Assembly: GCF_022045235.1 (NCBI RefSeq)
Contig: NW_027266297.1
Span: 73,160,001-73,224,000, forward strand
DNA from: Haliotis cracherodii
Lineage: Eukaryota
Direction: 5' to 3'
Length of the DNA: 64,000 nt
Each line of letters opens with the position of its first letter. The first letter of the stretch is position 1. Under the pieces are notes generated by a model. The model was not told the DNA's origin. It saw only the letters and a list, made by a program, of their open reading frames with translations, and ran no database searches. The translations under genes were made by a program, and so were the position numbers. Below, in pieces: positions 40,200 to 51,100 of this stretch.

Positions 40200-40368
40200 G
40201 TATTGCTGTGGACTGGATCAACAACAACATCTACTGGGCAGATCCTGCCTACGACGCCATCTTGATGACAGCCACTGACGGCAGCGGGCAGCTGTTCCAG
40301 AACGCCACTGTTGTTGTCGGAAGCGAACTGGACACTCCAGCTGGACTTGCTGTACAACCGTATATTGG
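40200..40368 (+). CDS. LRP-like gene exon 5
   Basis: IAVDWINNNIYWADPAYDAILMTATDGSG...LDTPAGLAVQPYIG; AG/GT bounded, phase 1 to 2. Confidence 0.95.
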
Positions 40369-40697
40369 GTACATATTTCACCCGTTCATGCCTATCTTAG
40401 TTTACAAATCTTGCAGTGAGCGACACCTCCCATATCGAAATGATTCAAGGGTTACTCTCCAGTAAAAACATTGAGGCGGTCATTATTATTATTATTATTA
40501 TTATTTGGGGTGTGTGTGTCTACAACATACTTCATTTGGTGTTCAAAAGAAGGGGTGAGGGTCCCGACATCCTGGACTCCTCCCACCCATCTCGATCCGC
40601 CTATGTGGTCAGTGGTCTAATAGATTTTTGGTTATTATTTATGAAGCCGTTTCACTGATAGGATACTGCTATTGCATAAAGTGCACTATCGCTTCAG

Positions 40698-40820
40698 TCG
40701 CATCTTCTGGTCAGACGGACATCGGCTGGAATCAGCCCGCCTGGACGGGACAAACCGGACACTGATGAGGATTGACCTCTTGCGACCGAAGGGCATGTGC
40801 ATTGACTACCACTTCAACAG
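40698..40820 (+). CDS. LRP-like gene exon 6
   Basis: RIFWSDGHRLESARLDGTNRTLMRIDLLRPKGMCIDYHFN; CAG| and |GTCAGT. Confidence 0.95.
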
Positions 40821-41077
40821 GTCAGTTGATGCCAAGGCAGAGATGCCTTTCCTGACAAAATATCTTTTTTTCATATTTTTTTATTTTTTGCATTACACAA
40901 CAGAAAACAATGATTTCCATGTTACAAAGAAATGTATGACATGATGACCAATGTTTATGGACTCGGTCTAAAGTCACAGTCATAAGTGCTGTACATTTGG
41001 AGATGAAGTAATTCTGTAGTTCATTCAGGAAAATATATCTTCCCCTTGTTCTAGACTTTGGACATTGTGTTCCCGAA

Positions 41078-41340
41078 TGAGTGAGTGAGTGAGTTGGGTT
41101 TAACACCGCTTTTAACAGGATTCCAGTTATATCGCGGCGTGTCATCTTAATGTGGGAGGACAGGTCTCAGACGTTTACCACTTCGGTGAAATCTACGAGC
41201 ACGGGTATGGTGCTGGCAAACCTAGAAACATAATCTGTGAGAACCGGGATTCGAACCCACAATCATATTTTCTGGCGTGCCCAAGGGACGCAACTTTGTA
41301 CATCGAATCGCGGCGCCTTAGACAACTGGGGCACCCACCC
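41078..41340 (-). mobile_element. Family C SINE
   Basis: Reverse complement of 27331-27616. Confidence 0.85.
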
Positions 41341-41623
41341 GAATGAGTGGGTTACGATACGTTTGAACTCTATATTACGTGGTGGACAGTCGGCCCTGAG
41401 AGTCCAGAGCGCCTTTTGTGGAGAGTAGCTGGCTTGTCCGCTTGTCGTCGTTCGAAACCGAAAATCATATACCGATTATGATCCTTGCTCCATCAGGACC
41501 ACAATGTTAAACATCTCATGCCAGCATCACTTTTGTCTTTCCTTTGTAAAACTGACACGCTGGGGTTTAACTAATTCCTGTCGAAAGCAAATCATCCACT
41601 CACTCACCCACTGTACTTTGTAG

Positions 41624-41747
41624 ACTGTATTGGATTGAGTGGGAATTCTCCGAGAGTGTCGTGCGATCAACCGACTTACAGGGACGGGATCTCACCATAG
41701 CACTTCGGCGCCCGAACAGTCAGCTGTTTGACCTGGACATATACCAG
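41624..41747 (+). CDS. LRP-like gene exon 7
   Basis: LYWIEWEFSESVVRSTDLQGRDLTIALRRPNSQLFDLDIYQ; TAG| and |GTGCGT. Confidence 0.92.
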
Positions 41748-42053
41748 GTGCGTCCATCCCGAGGCATTACCCCCAGGGGGAACATCGTGAACATCGTGAT
41801 ATGAAACAAACGCCTAATGTATCCGCAGTTGATCAGGTCATACACATATATACGTCACAAACTGTTGTAATGATTCTTCTTTATTAACTGCTAAACGATC
41901 CTGGTGATATTTTTGTAATCTGAAATCATAGTATCCATATATCATATTATATCATAGTAACTTAGTGTATCCGTTGCCAATGGTTCGATTCCCACAACGG
42001 GACTCGGACATTTTATGGCCGCTACGCATTGTTAAGAGTAGATTATTCTTCAG

Positions 42054-42189
42054 GGCTTCATTGTCACGACTGATGAACAACGTGGAGTCATCGCCATCCA
42101 CGACGTTGCTCTCAACAGGTCGTTGGAGAAGGCGTGGGGAGGGAAGCCGCTCGGCATCGTCATTGACGCGAAGGCCGTCACGGGGAAAG
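42054..42189 (+). CDS. LRP-like gene exon 8 (end of propeller 1)
   Basis: GFIVTTDEQRGVIAIHDVALNRSLEKAWGGKPLGIVIDAKAVTGK; CAG| and |GTAAGT. Confidence 0.9.
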
Positions 42190-42217
42190 GTAAGTCAATT
42201 GGACGCCTGGAGCTATC

Positions 42218-42510
42218 TATCAAGTCATCTGAGAGCTACGACTGTTGTGACGTACCTGTTCCTTACACACAGACACTTTCCGCCCCCTTTGTGGCTTTCT
42301 AGATCTCTGTATATACCTAGAAGCTGTATTGCCTGTGATGATATTGACAATATATAGATGATACGATAAGATAAGTCAGCGATTTCCTATCAAGTGTCTA
42401 CGGCTGTCGTAACTCATTCTCTCACACACAGACACTTTCCGACCCCTTTATAGCTTTCTAGATCTCTTTATGTACCTAGAAGCTGTATTGCCTGTGATAT
42501 ATTGACAATA
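42218..42510. repeat. Diverged direct duplication (two ~130-bp copies)
   Basis: ACACACAGACACTTTCCG...TACCTAGAAGCTGTATTGCCTGTGAT..ATTGACAATA occurs twice. Confidence 0.85.
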
Positions 42511-42871
42511 CAATAGTGTTAAGATTCCTTTCCATTGCCACTCTACTACCAATTAAACACACTAAATTAATCATGTAACAATAATTAAGACAGTGAAACT
42601 CGAAAGTCGAATTTCTGGAAAATATATCGAGTTTTCCATGGTTTCAGCGGAACCTTGCTATTGAACGATAATGGCTATGCGTATTGCTGTATGGACCATA
42701 TAGTTCGTCTTAAAAGATATGTCGAGTTAAAGAATTCGATGAAACAAGGCTCATACTTACCTATTAGGATCTCCTTTTGTAATGGTATAGATGTTCCGCA
42801 AACAGATGCCAATCGCACATACGGAGGTCGGCTGTGTTCACTCACTCACTCTTGACGTATATTTCTGTAAG

Positions 42872-43095
42872 GGGTTCCACGCAGCACGATCAGCTCGCCC
42901 TATAACAGGGGCGTCATTCTCCTGGCGACATCTACCGACATCTACCGACTGAATCGGAACTTCGCCGAAGTGAAAAACAAGGACGATGAAAATCTCGTCC
43001 ATATTCCCCTACATCCCCGGATGAACATCTACGCCTTGACGGCGAACGCCCACACCGACTACATCTACTACTACGAGGAAGCCGGAAAGGAGGGG
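42872..43095 (+). CDS. LRP-like gene exon 9 (linker and start of propeller 2)
   Basis: VPRSTISSPYNRGVILLATSTDIYRLN...IYALTANAHTDYIYYYEEAGKEG; open and phase-compatible on both sides. Confidence 0.85.
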
Positions 43096-43377
43096 GTATA
43101 CTTTACTCATTCACTGTTCTTTAAATAACAACATCAACAACTTATGTTTATAAAGAATACCTTCTGAAAGGCACATAAGCCTTATTTGACTTGGATTTCC
43201 AAAAGGCAGGAAAGCAATTTTATACGGATAGTTATTATATTATGTTACATTTCATCTTTTATTATTATTCGCTTAGCTTTTCATTGTAGACTTATCAACG
43301 TCTATTTGCAACAAGATAAATTTCGGAAATAAGTAAATGTTGTTCCTTAATACAAACCCCCGGATATAGGTGTCTGT

Positions 43378-43902
43378 GGCCGCCTTTGTGTCTCGTGGAT
43401 AGGGTGTCAGTCCGGAGAGCGAAGGTCGGTGGTTTATTCTCCTGGCCACGTCATGTCAAAAGACGTTAAAAGATGCTACTTATTGCTACAGATGGGGTGG
43501 TCAGACTCTATTATTCGATTGATATGTGTAATTATATCCCAATTGTGTCGATCGATGCTCATGATGTCAATCACTGGATTGTCTGTTCCAGATTTGAATA
43601 TTATACTGACCGCCGTCATACAGCTGGACTACTGCTGAGCGCGTCGTTAAACAACAAACAAACAAACTTGTTGTAACCCTGCCAGGCGCTTGGTATTAAG
43701 GGATAAAACAAAGTGTTGTCGACTCGAGTCAGTTTAATGTGTCTGAGTTTGGTGTCAATGTTAAACTGCGGCATGGTATCGCTTTCAGTGTACTATCAAT
43801 AAGACACACAAACCCACAACCACCCCCACCCCCGACCCCCACCCTCATACACTGGTACTGATAATCTTGAACTCGAACGTTATACCCATTTCACCCCACC
43901 TT
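43378..43902 (+). mobile_element. Family D SINE interrupted by a family A fragment (~43490-43667)
   Basis: Family D head and body to GCTACTTATTGCTAC, then family A body and tail, then CTTGTTGTAACCCTG resumes family D. Confidence 0.8.
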
Positions 43903-44075
43903 ACTATAACAATAAACATGCTGGGCCGAACTGAATTTTATTACACTCAGGCCGCTATCAGTGGTATTAGAAGTACAGCACTGATACATCAATATATACA
44001 CCACTACCTACAAATATACAGATTTACCGAGCAGTGACTTCACTATATAAACATACAGGACGGGATTCAGCTACG

Positions 44076-44384
44076 GTTTGTTTGTTTGTTTGTTTGATAA
44101 TATTGTCATGGGTACGCGACACCAATTCGTTTTATGTCTGTCTGTTTGTCTGTTGTTTAAAGCCGCACTCAGCCATATTCCAGCTGTATAAAGGCGGTCT
44201 GTAACCAGACAATCGAGTGATTGACACAATGAGCATCGATCCACGCAATTGGGATACGATGACATGCATCAACCAAGTCAGCGAGTCTGACCACCGTAGT
44301 CGCCTCATACGGCAAGCATAGTCACCTTTTACGGCAAGCATGGATTGCTTAAGACCTATTCTACCCCGGATCTTCACGGATAGG
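44076..44384 (-). mobile_element. Family A retroposon with 10-bp TSD and extra 3' sequence
   Basis: TTCAGCTACG at 44066-44075 and 44385-44394; carries ~47 nt of the flank of the 46263 copy. Confidence 0.92.
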
Positions 44385-44514
44385 TTCAGCTACGAGATAT
44401 ATTATAGGGTTAAATAGCAGAATTATAATGTTACAAAAGTTGGTTAATTTTTTAAGTGTTCCTGATGTTTTACTATATAAACGTAGTTCAGTGTTTCCTT
44501 GCGCCTCTGTTCAG

Positions 44515-44611
44515 AGAATCCTGCGGGTGAAGATGAAGTTAAGTCGAGGGAAGAGCGAGGACCAGTTCACACCGGAGCCGCTTGCCACAGCCGCCGTGAA
44601 GGAGGTGTCAG
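44515..44611 (+). CDS. LRP-like gene exon 10
   Basis: RILRVKMKLSRGKSEDQFTPEPLATAAVKEVS; TTCAG| and G|GTGAGC. Confidence 0.85.
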
Positions 44612-44629
44612 GTGAGCGCCATTCTCACA

Positions 44630-44766
44630 ACGTTTCGCTCGTCACGCCGAAGACCCGGGTTCGATTCCCCACATGGATACAATGTGTAAAGCCCATTTCT
44701 TGTGTACCCATTCGTGATATTGCTGGAATATTGCTTAAGCGGCGTAAAACTATTCTCACACACTCT
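44630..44766 (+). mobile_element. Family B SINE, 5'-truncated
   Basis: TCGCTCGTCACGCCGAAGACCCGGGTTCGATTCCCC...GCGGCGTAAAAC. Confidence 0.85.
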
Positions 44767-44879
44767 TACAATGTATTCCATGTAGGGATTCCTCTCCATT
44801 CCACTAGTTCCGAGTTATCTTACCGCTACGATTGTCATAGGGATATCCAGAGGGGGGCCAGGAGGAGTTCATTTCATCA

Positions 44880-45772
44880 CTGACACATTGTTCTGATGGA
44901 GGAGCACACCTATTCTCAGCTTCCAACGTCTCTTAGTCTTAATTTCATCTCATGTATAATTGCCTCAAAAGTGCATTAGAATATGCCACGTTTGTTGTGA
45001 TGGTCCACCATGACGACACCCTCGGCATCCCAGAACACGAAGGCCATAACCTTTCCAGCTGAAGTGACAGACTGCCTTCTTTGTTGGTGATGTCACATGG
45101 TTCCACTGGTTTCATTCATGGTCACAAATCGTTGCAAGAACCATTCTGGTTCAGCTTCAAACAGAGCCAGATTATCACGAGACATGTTATGCCAGCTGCG
45201 TTTTTGATTAGATGTCAGAAGGTTTGGAACCCAAAGTGCTGATACCTACTTCATTGCCAGCTTCCGTGATAATGGAATGTACTTTCTCCTGGGACATGTC
45301 TGCTGAACTAGCAATATGACGCTCAGTCATTCGCTGGTCGGTCATCCCAGTATCGTGGATTCATGATCACTGGGTTATTTCTGGTGTTCCTGACGTCGCA
45401 TGTCTTCAAGGACGGGGGTCGTCTTCAAGGCTCTCCCTGCCACACTATTAAACTGTTCTGTCCCCCCCCCCCCCCCTCTTTACGGTGACATTAGAAGGAG
45501 CATCCACCCCCAGCGCTGTACTCCTATCTTCCTGTTTGGCTTGTAGTTGAGGCCGTCCTTTATAGTACTTGATCAGGTTTGTCCATTTTCAAAAGGTCAC
45601 AGACCCCTACTTTTTTTACTGACTTGTCTTGTCAGTGTGGAAACATTTGATCAATTGACTTAAATCTTTGTTGGTAAACCTCTATGACATCATGTAAAGT
45701 CCTTCACAAAAGAATTCAATATTACGCAGTTCCTTCCATGTTAGGCTAAGAATGTATCAATCAATCCTCGTA
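44880..45772 (-). pseudogene. mariner-family transposon remnant
   Basis: Minus strand WVPNLLTSNQK (WVPHEL-like), FLQRFVTMNET, SAGKVMAFVFWDAEGVV; TACGAGG-type terminus at 45772. Confidence 0.85.
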
Positions 45773-46029
45773 ATTCAATGATGTGGATCAGGTTTGCTCT
45801 CACCTCTGCCTGGTCTTAAAGCAGAATAGAAAAAAAACTCTAAATACTCGCAGCCTTCCAATCCTAATGTGTAGCGCCATCTTACTGACACAAGATGATG
45901 CTGATAAGGATGAAGCAAATGCATCCATTTTACTTTCAAAGAGATGGGGAAGGTTTGGGCAAACTGCAACTATGCAGTTTAATGGCGCTAGGGTTAACGA
46001 CTGCACCATTGCTGGGAATTTTGTTTCAG

Positions 46030-46183
46030 ATTTGGCCATCGACTGGGTGACCCGGAACCTATACTGGGCAGACAAGTCCAATAGCCAGATCCTTGTGGCG
46101 CGTGAAGACGGCAGATTCCCAGCCGTTGTGGTGGAGCGCCACCTGGAGAGTCCAAGAACTGTTGTTGTTGATCCACTCAACAT
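46030..46183 (+). CDS. LRP-like gene exon 11
   Basis: LAIDWVTRNLYWADKSNSQILVAREDGRFPAVVVERHLESPRTVVVDPLN. Confidence 0.95.
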
Positions 46184-46262
46184 GTGAGATTAACGTTTTG
46201 AAGACTCACATGAAACATTGCAACTGGTGATATAGATATCCTTCTTTTGGTCGAAATGGTGG

Positions 46263-46520
46263 GACCCGTGAAAATCCGGGATAGAATAGGTCTTCAGCAA
46301 CCCATATGCATGCTTGCCGTAAAGGGTGACTATCTTGTCGTAAGAGGCGACTAATGGGTGGTCAGGCTCGCTGACTTGGTTGATAAATATCATCGTATCC
46401 CAATTGATCGATGCTCATGATGTGAATCACTGGATTGTCTGGTCCAGATTCGATTATTTACAGACCGCCGTCATATAGCTGGAATATTGCTGAGTGCGGC
46501 GTTAAACAACAAACAAACAA
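46263..46520 (+). mobile_element. Family A retroposon with 11-bp TSD
   Basis: CGAAATGGTGG (46252-46262) and CGAATTGGTGG (46537-46547); starts GACCCGTG. Confidence 0.92.
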
Positions 46521-46723
46521 ACAGACAGACATAAAACGAATTGGTGGTGCGTACCCAAGACAATATTTAATGCTGCATAATCAATGAATAAATGTTAAAG
46601 TTGCGTATCTCCTGTCGTGTTTCAGAATCTTGGTGTGGAGGGGTTTACGTACTCATTCAAAGAAACAGTCTACCCGATTCATACACACAGCAATTTACTG
46701 AATTAATCCCTGATTGTACACAG

Positions 46724-46849
46724 GTTCATATTCTGGGGTGACAAGCTGAACATTGGGCGGGCTGGGCTGGATGGAACTCACGTCAAGTACAACATTTTCC
46801 AAGTCAATCACCGCAACCATCGAATCGCAGTGGATCCGACCACCACTCG
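46724..46849 (+). CDS. LRP-like gene exon 12
   Basis: FIFWGDKLNIGRAGLDGTHVKYNIFQVNHRNHRIAVDPTTT. Confidence 0.92.
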
Positions 46850-46959
46850 GTAACGGGCCAGTATTTCTTTTTCATGGTTCTTGCCAGACGTTATATGTTA
46901 TGTGAAGGTCACGGCCGTAGTTACTGACGTGGGAAGCCGTCCATGGCACGCTTCCATGA

Positions 46960-47110
46960 GGGGCAGTGGGGTAGCCAAGTGGTTATAGCGTTTGCTGATC
47001 ACAGCGAAAGTCCGTGTTCGATTCCCCAAATGGGTACACCGTGTGAAGCCCATTTCTAGCGTCGCCCGCCCTGATGTATCTGGAACATTGCAAAAAACGG
47101 TGTAAAAACT
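46960..47110 (+). mobile_element. Family B SINE
   Basis: GGGCAGTGGGGTAGCCAAGTGGTTATAGCG...GTTCGATTCCCC. Confidence 0.8.
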
Positions 47111-47478
47111 CCGGGACTTGATGAACGTGAAAAACCTTATTGAGCTTACCATTGTAGTTTTGTTTTAAGGGGTTCTGTCAATATTTAGAGACGGGATTGT
47201 CTGACACTTTGAGGCTGGAAACTGATATGCTAGTGCTAAAAACAACAACTTTTGACTAACTGTAAAAATACAGATTTCATAAGGTGTCCGCATCCCTGTA
47301 AGGTTCTACCGTTACAGCTGTCTGTTCTATGATCAGGTAGATCATGTAACTGTAGCGCTCCCTATAGAAAGACTCTCTAGTGCTACAGTTATAGAGTTGT
47401 CAGCTAAGAATGCCAGCTGGTGTCTCCAGTTCTACTACAGTTGTTGACTGCTCATGCTAATTTGCTTTATCTTCGCAG

Positions 47479-47593
47479 CATCTACTTCAGTGACAAAATC
47501 CTGCTTTGCTACGGTGACTACCTCGGCCAGGGCAAGAAATGTGGCGCTCTATCCAGCTCAAGGTCTCTTGTGAACGGCCTCGCTATCATGAAC
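47479..47593 (+). CDS. LRP-like gene exon 13
   Basis: IYFSDKILLCYGDYLGQGKKCGALSSSRSLVNGLAIMN; CGCAG| and |GTAAGT. Confidence 0.9.
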
Positions 47594-47831
47594 GTAAGTG
47601 TTGAGCTCCACACAGTGCGGGGGGCAAGGTTGATCCAGTGATATTCGATGATGCAAATGATTGTGCAGAGTTAGTGTCCCTCGGTTGCCATGATTCGCTA
47701 GTCGCCGTGTCCAATGATCCTTCATTACGTCTAACCTCGGTTCCAGGCTTCAACTAAGGTGGTTTGTGTCTACGACCAGAGTTTCTTAAGGCTTCCATCC
47801 AACTTCAAGCACATTTGCTGTGACATACCTG

Positions 47832-48885
47832 AAATACTGTTCAAAGCGGCGTTATAACGCCACTCGCTCACCTACACTGTTTAAAGCGGTGTTATAACTC
47901 CACTCACTCACCTACACTGTTCAATGCGGCGTTATAACGCCACTCACCTACTGTTCAAGGCGGCGTTATAAGGCCACTCACTCACCTACAATGTTCAGGG
48001 CGGCGTTATAAGGCCACTCACTCACCAACACTGTTTAAAGCGGTGTTATAACTCCACTCACTCACCAACACTGTTCAAGGCGGCGTTATAACGCCACTCA
48101 CTCACCAACACTGTTCAAGGCGGCGTTATAAGGCCACTCACTCACCTACACTGTTCAGGGCGGCGTTATAAGGCCTCTCACTCACCAACACTGTTCAAGG
48201 CGGCGTTATAAGGCCACTCACTCACCTACACTGTTCAAGGCAGCGTTATAACGCCACTCACTCACCTACACTGTTTCAGGCGGCGTTATAAGGCCACTCA
48301 CTCACCAACACTGTTCAAGGCGGTGTTATAACTCCACTCACCTACACTGTTTAAAGCGGCGTTAGAAAGCCACTCACTCACCTACACTGTTTCAGGCGGT
48401 GTTATAACGCCACTCACTCACCAACACTGTTCAAGGCGGTGTTATAACTCCACTCACCTACACTGTTCAAGGCGGCGTTATAACGCTACTCACTCACCTA
48501 CACTGTTCAGGGCGGCGTTATAAGGCCTCTCACTCACCAACACTGTTCAAGGCGGCGTTATAAGGCCACTCACTCACCTACACTGTTCAAGGCAGCGTTA
48601 TAACGCCACTCACTCACCTACACTGTTTCAGGCGGCGTTATAAGGCCACTCACTCACCAACACTGTTCAAGGCGGTGTTATAACTCCACTCACCTACACT
48701 GTTTAAAGCGGCGTTAGAAAGCCACTCACTCACCTACACTGTTTCAGGCGGTGTTATAACGCCACTCACTCACCAACACTGTTCAAGGCGGTGTTATAAC
48801 TCCACTCACCTACACTGTTCAAGGCGGCGTTATAACGCTACTCACTCACCTACACTGTTCAAGGCGGCGTTATAACTCACTCACT
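47832..48885. repeat. Minisatellite (~36-40-bp unit, ~26 copies) built from a SINE 3' tail
   Basis: Unit CTGTTCAAGGCGGCGTTATAACGCCACTCACTCACCTACA compared with SINE tail ATTGTTAAAAGCGGCGTTAAACCCAACTCACTCAC. Confidence 0.92.
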
Positions 48886-48909
48886 AATACGAAGGTGTGT
48901 TTGTCTCAG

Positions 48910-49051
48910 GATTACATCCTCTGGTCGAGAGCCGGCGGGGGTCTGTACGCCCAGGACAAGGACACGTTCGCCTACGTGGGACAGAGTTACGTCGAAAAGG
49001 AGTTCCACGACATCTCGATATACCACACATCGTCACAGCCGGCGCACATAA
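48910..49051 (+). CDS. LRP-like gene exon 14 (end of propeller 2)
   Basis: DYILWSRAGGGLYAQDKDTFAYVGQSYVEKEFHDISIYHTSSQPAHI; ends in the typical pre-EGF IYH...QP motif. Confidence 0.92.
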
Positions 49052-49169
49052 GTAAGTCCACAATCAGATACTGGAATATTTAAGAAACGTGAGCATGATA
49101 TATGTCAAACACAGTGCGGTTCAAAGGTATCGGTGCGTGTGACTGGTATCAAGGACACAAGAATATGAT

Positions 49170-49808
49170 ATATTTCGCACATATGGATTACAACACACAC
49201 ACTAGAATATGATGTGTATCCCAGACATATTTGATTACTTCACATACATTAGAAAATATGATATATATCCCACATATTGTTTGCACCACACTCACTAGAA
49301 TGTGATATATTTCATGCATATTACACCACACACTAGAATGTGATATAGTTCATGCATATTACAGCACACAGAAGAATGTGATATATTTCATGCATATTAC
49401 AGCACACACTAAAATGTGATATATTTCATGCATATCACACCACACACTAGAATGTGATATATATTTCATGCATATCACACCACATATTAGAATGTGGTAT
49501 ATTTCATGCATATTACAGCACACACTAGAATGCGATATAGTTAATGCATATTACAGCACACACTAGAATGCGATATAGTTAATGCATATTACACCACGCA
49601 CTACAATGTGATATATTTCATGCATATTACAGCACACACTAAAATGTGATATATTTCATGCATATTACACCACACACTAGAATGTGACATAGTTAATGCA
49701 TATTACAGCACACACTAAAATGTGATATATTTCATGCATATTACAGCACACACTAGAATGTGATATATTTAATGCATATTACACCACACACCAGAATGTG
49801 ATATATGT
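49170..49808. repeat. Minisatellite, ~38-bp unit, ~16 copies
   Basis: CACACACTAGAATGTGATATATTTCATGCATATTACA(C/G). Confidence 0.9.
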
Positions 49809-50062
49809 AACAGAGGTACTAAACTACCCGCCAGGACGTTGTTTTCGTTTCGTTGTCACCTTTAACCTTAAAGGCGGACTCGTATGGGCTGTTATCAGTG
49901 TAATGCAGGTCCGTTAAAGAGGCTTTTGAGCTTTTATGAACGGTTAATAATGTTGACAGTGCAACGTTATACGATCCACCTGTGATAGCATTAGGTAAAT
50001 GATTTTCTCATGATCGTAATGGCAGCCAGTTTGTAAAATACTCACCAGATTTCTGACTCCAG

Positions 50063-50185
50063 ATAACTGCACGAAGAGCAATGGCGGCTGTGAACAATTA
50101 TGTCTGCCTAACTTGACCAATGAGGGCCGTAGTTGCAAGTGCACTGTTGGGTACTGGGACCAACAAGACGGGTCATGTACGAAAG
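50063..50185 (+). CDS. LRP-like gene exon 15 (EGF-like module)
   Basis: NCTKSNGGCEQLCLPNLTNEGRSCKCTVGYWDQQDGSCTK; six cysteines, phase 1-1 exon. Confidence 0.96.
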
Positions 50186-50458
50186 GTCAGTTCTTTGCTT
50201 GATGCGTAATTGACGCTTGGTGTAGTTAGCCTTATGGTTTTGCTCATCTTGTAGGTTTTAACCTTTCAACTGACGCTTGGTGCAGTTAGCCTTATCGTTT
50301 TGTATCATCTTGTACGTTTTAACCTTTCAACTTCAGTGTATATTGGCCGACACTTTTCCGTTAACTCTGTGCGAAGTAATGTTTTGTCCCAACAAATCGT
50401 TGAAAATTATGTTGAGTACGCACTACCGTACTTCAGCCATGGTCACATCAGAATCGTG

Positions 50459-50692
50459 CTGAGTGAATGAGTTACTTGGGTTTAACGCCGCTTTTAACAG
50501 TATTCTAGTCATATCAGGCGTGTCGGCTTAATGTGGGGGGAAAGCCCGGAGTGATGCAGGTCTCAGACGTTTACCACTTTGGTGAAACCCACGAGCATGG
50601 CTATGGTGCTGACAAACTTAGAAACGTAATCGGGATGAACCGGGATTCGAACAGACAATCATAGGTTTCTGGCGTGCCCAAGGGACGTAACT
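50459..50692 (-). mobile_element. Family C SINE, head truncated
   Basis: Reverse complement of the family C body and tail. Confidence 0.85.
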
Positions 50693-51100
50693 TGATCATG
50701 TAACACTTGGTTGTCTCCCGTGACATTCTAGTCCTCATGCCTTAACACATAAATAGCTGTGAACGTCTCTCCTGAAACGTCCTCTTTCAAACCTATAATG
50801 AGAGATTCAACCATTGGCAACTATTTGCCTGTAATTGATTGCCGGGTAAAAATGTGGGAGGGGATTTTTTGTCTGGCGGCAGTGGTTTATACCTGTTGTG
50901 AGCAGTATTACCCTTTTTTTACGGAATGTCGGCGGGAAGCAAGGCAACAGTCCCCGAGTATCAACATAAGGTCAGTCGTTTACGAAATTACGAAAATATG
51001 TTTGGGCCAAGCGCTCCCCACCTCCCACCCCGTCTGTATTGCAAAGCTAACATATTTCTTAAACATTTTCCCTTACTAAAAAGCTACAGAATTTCTGCTC

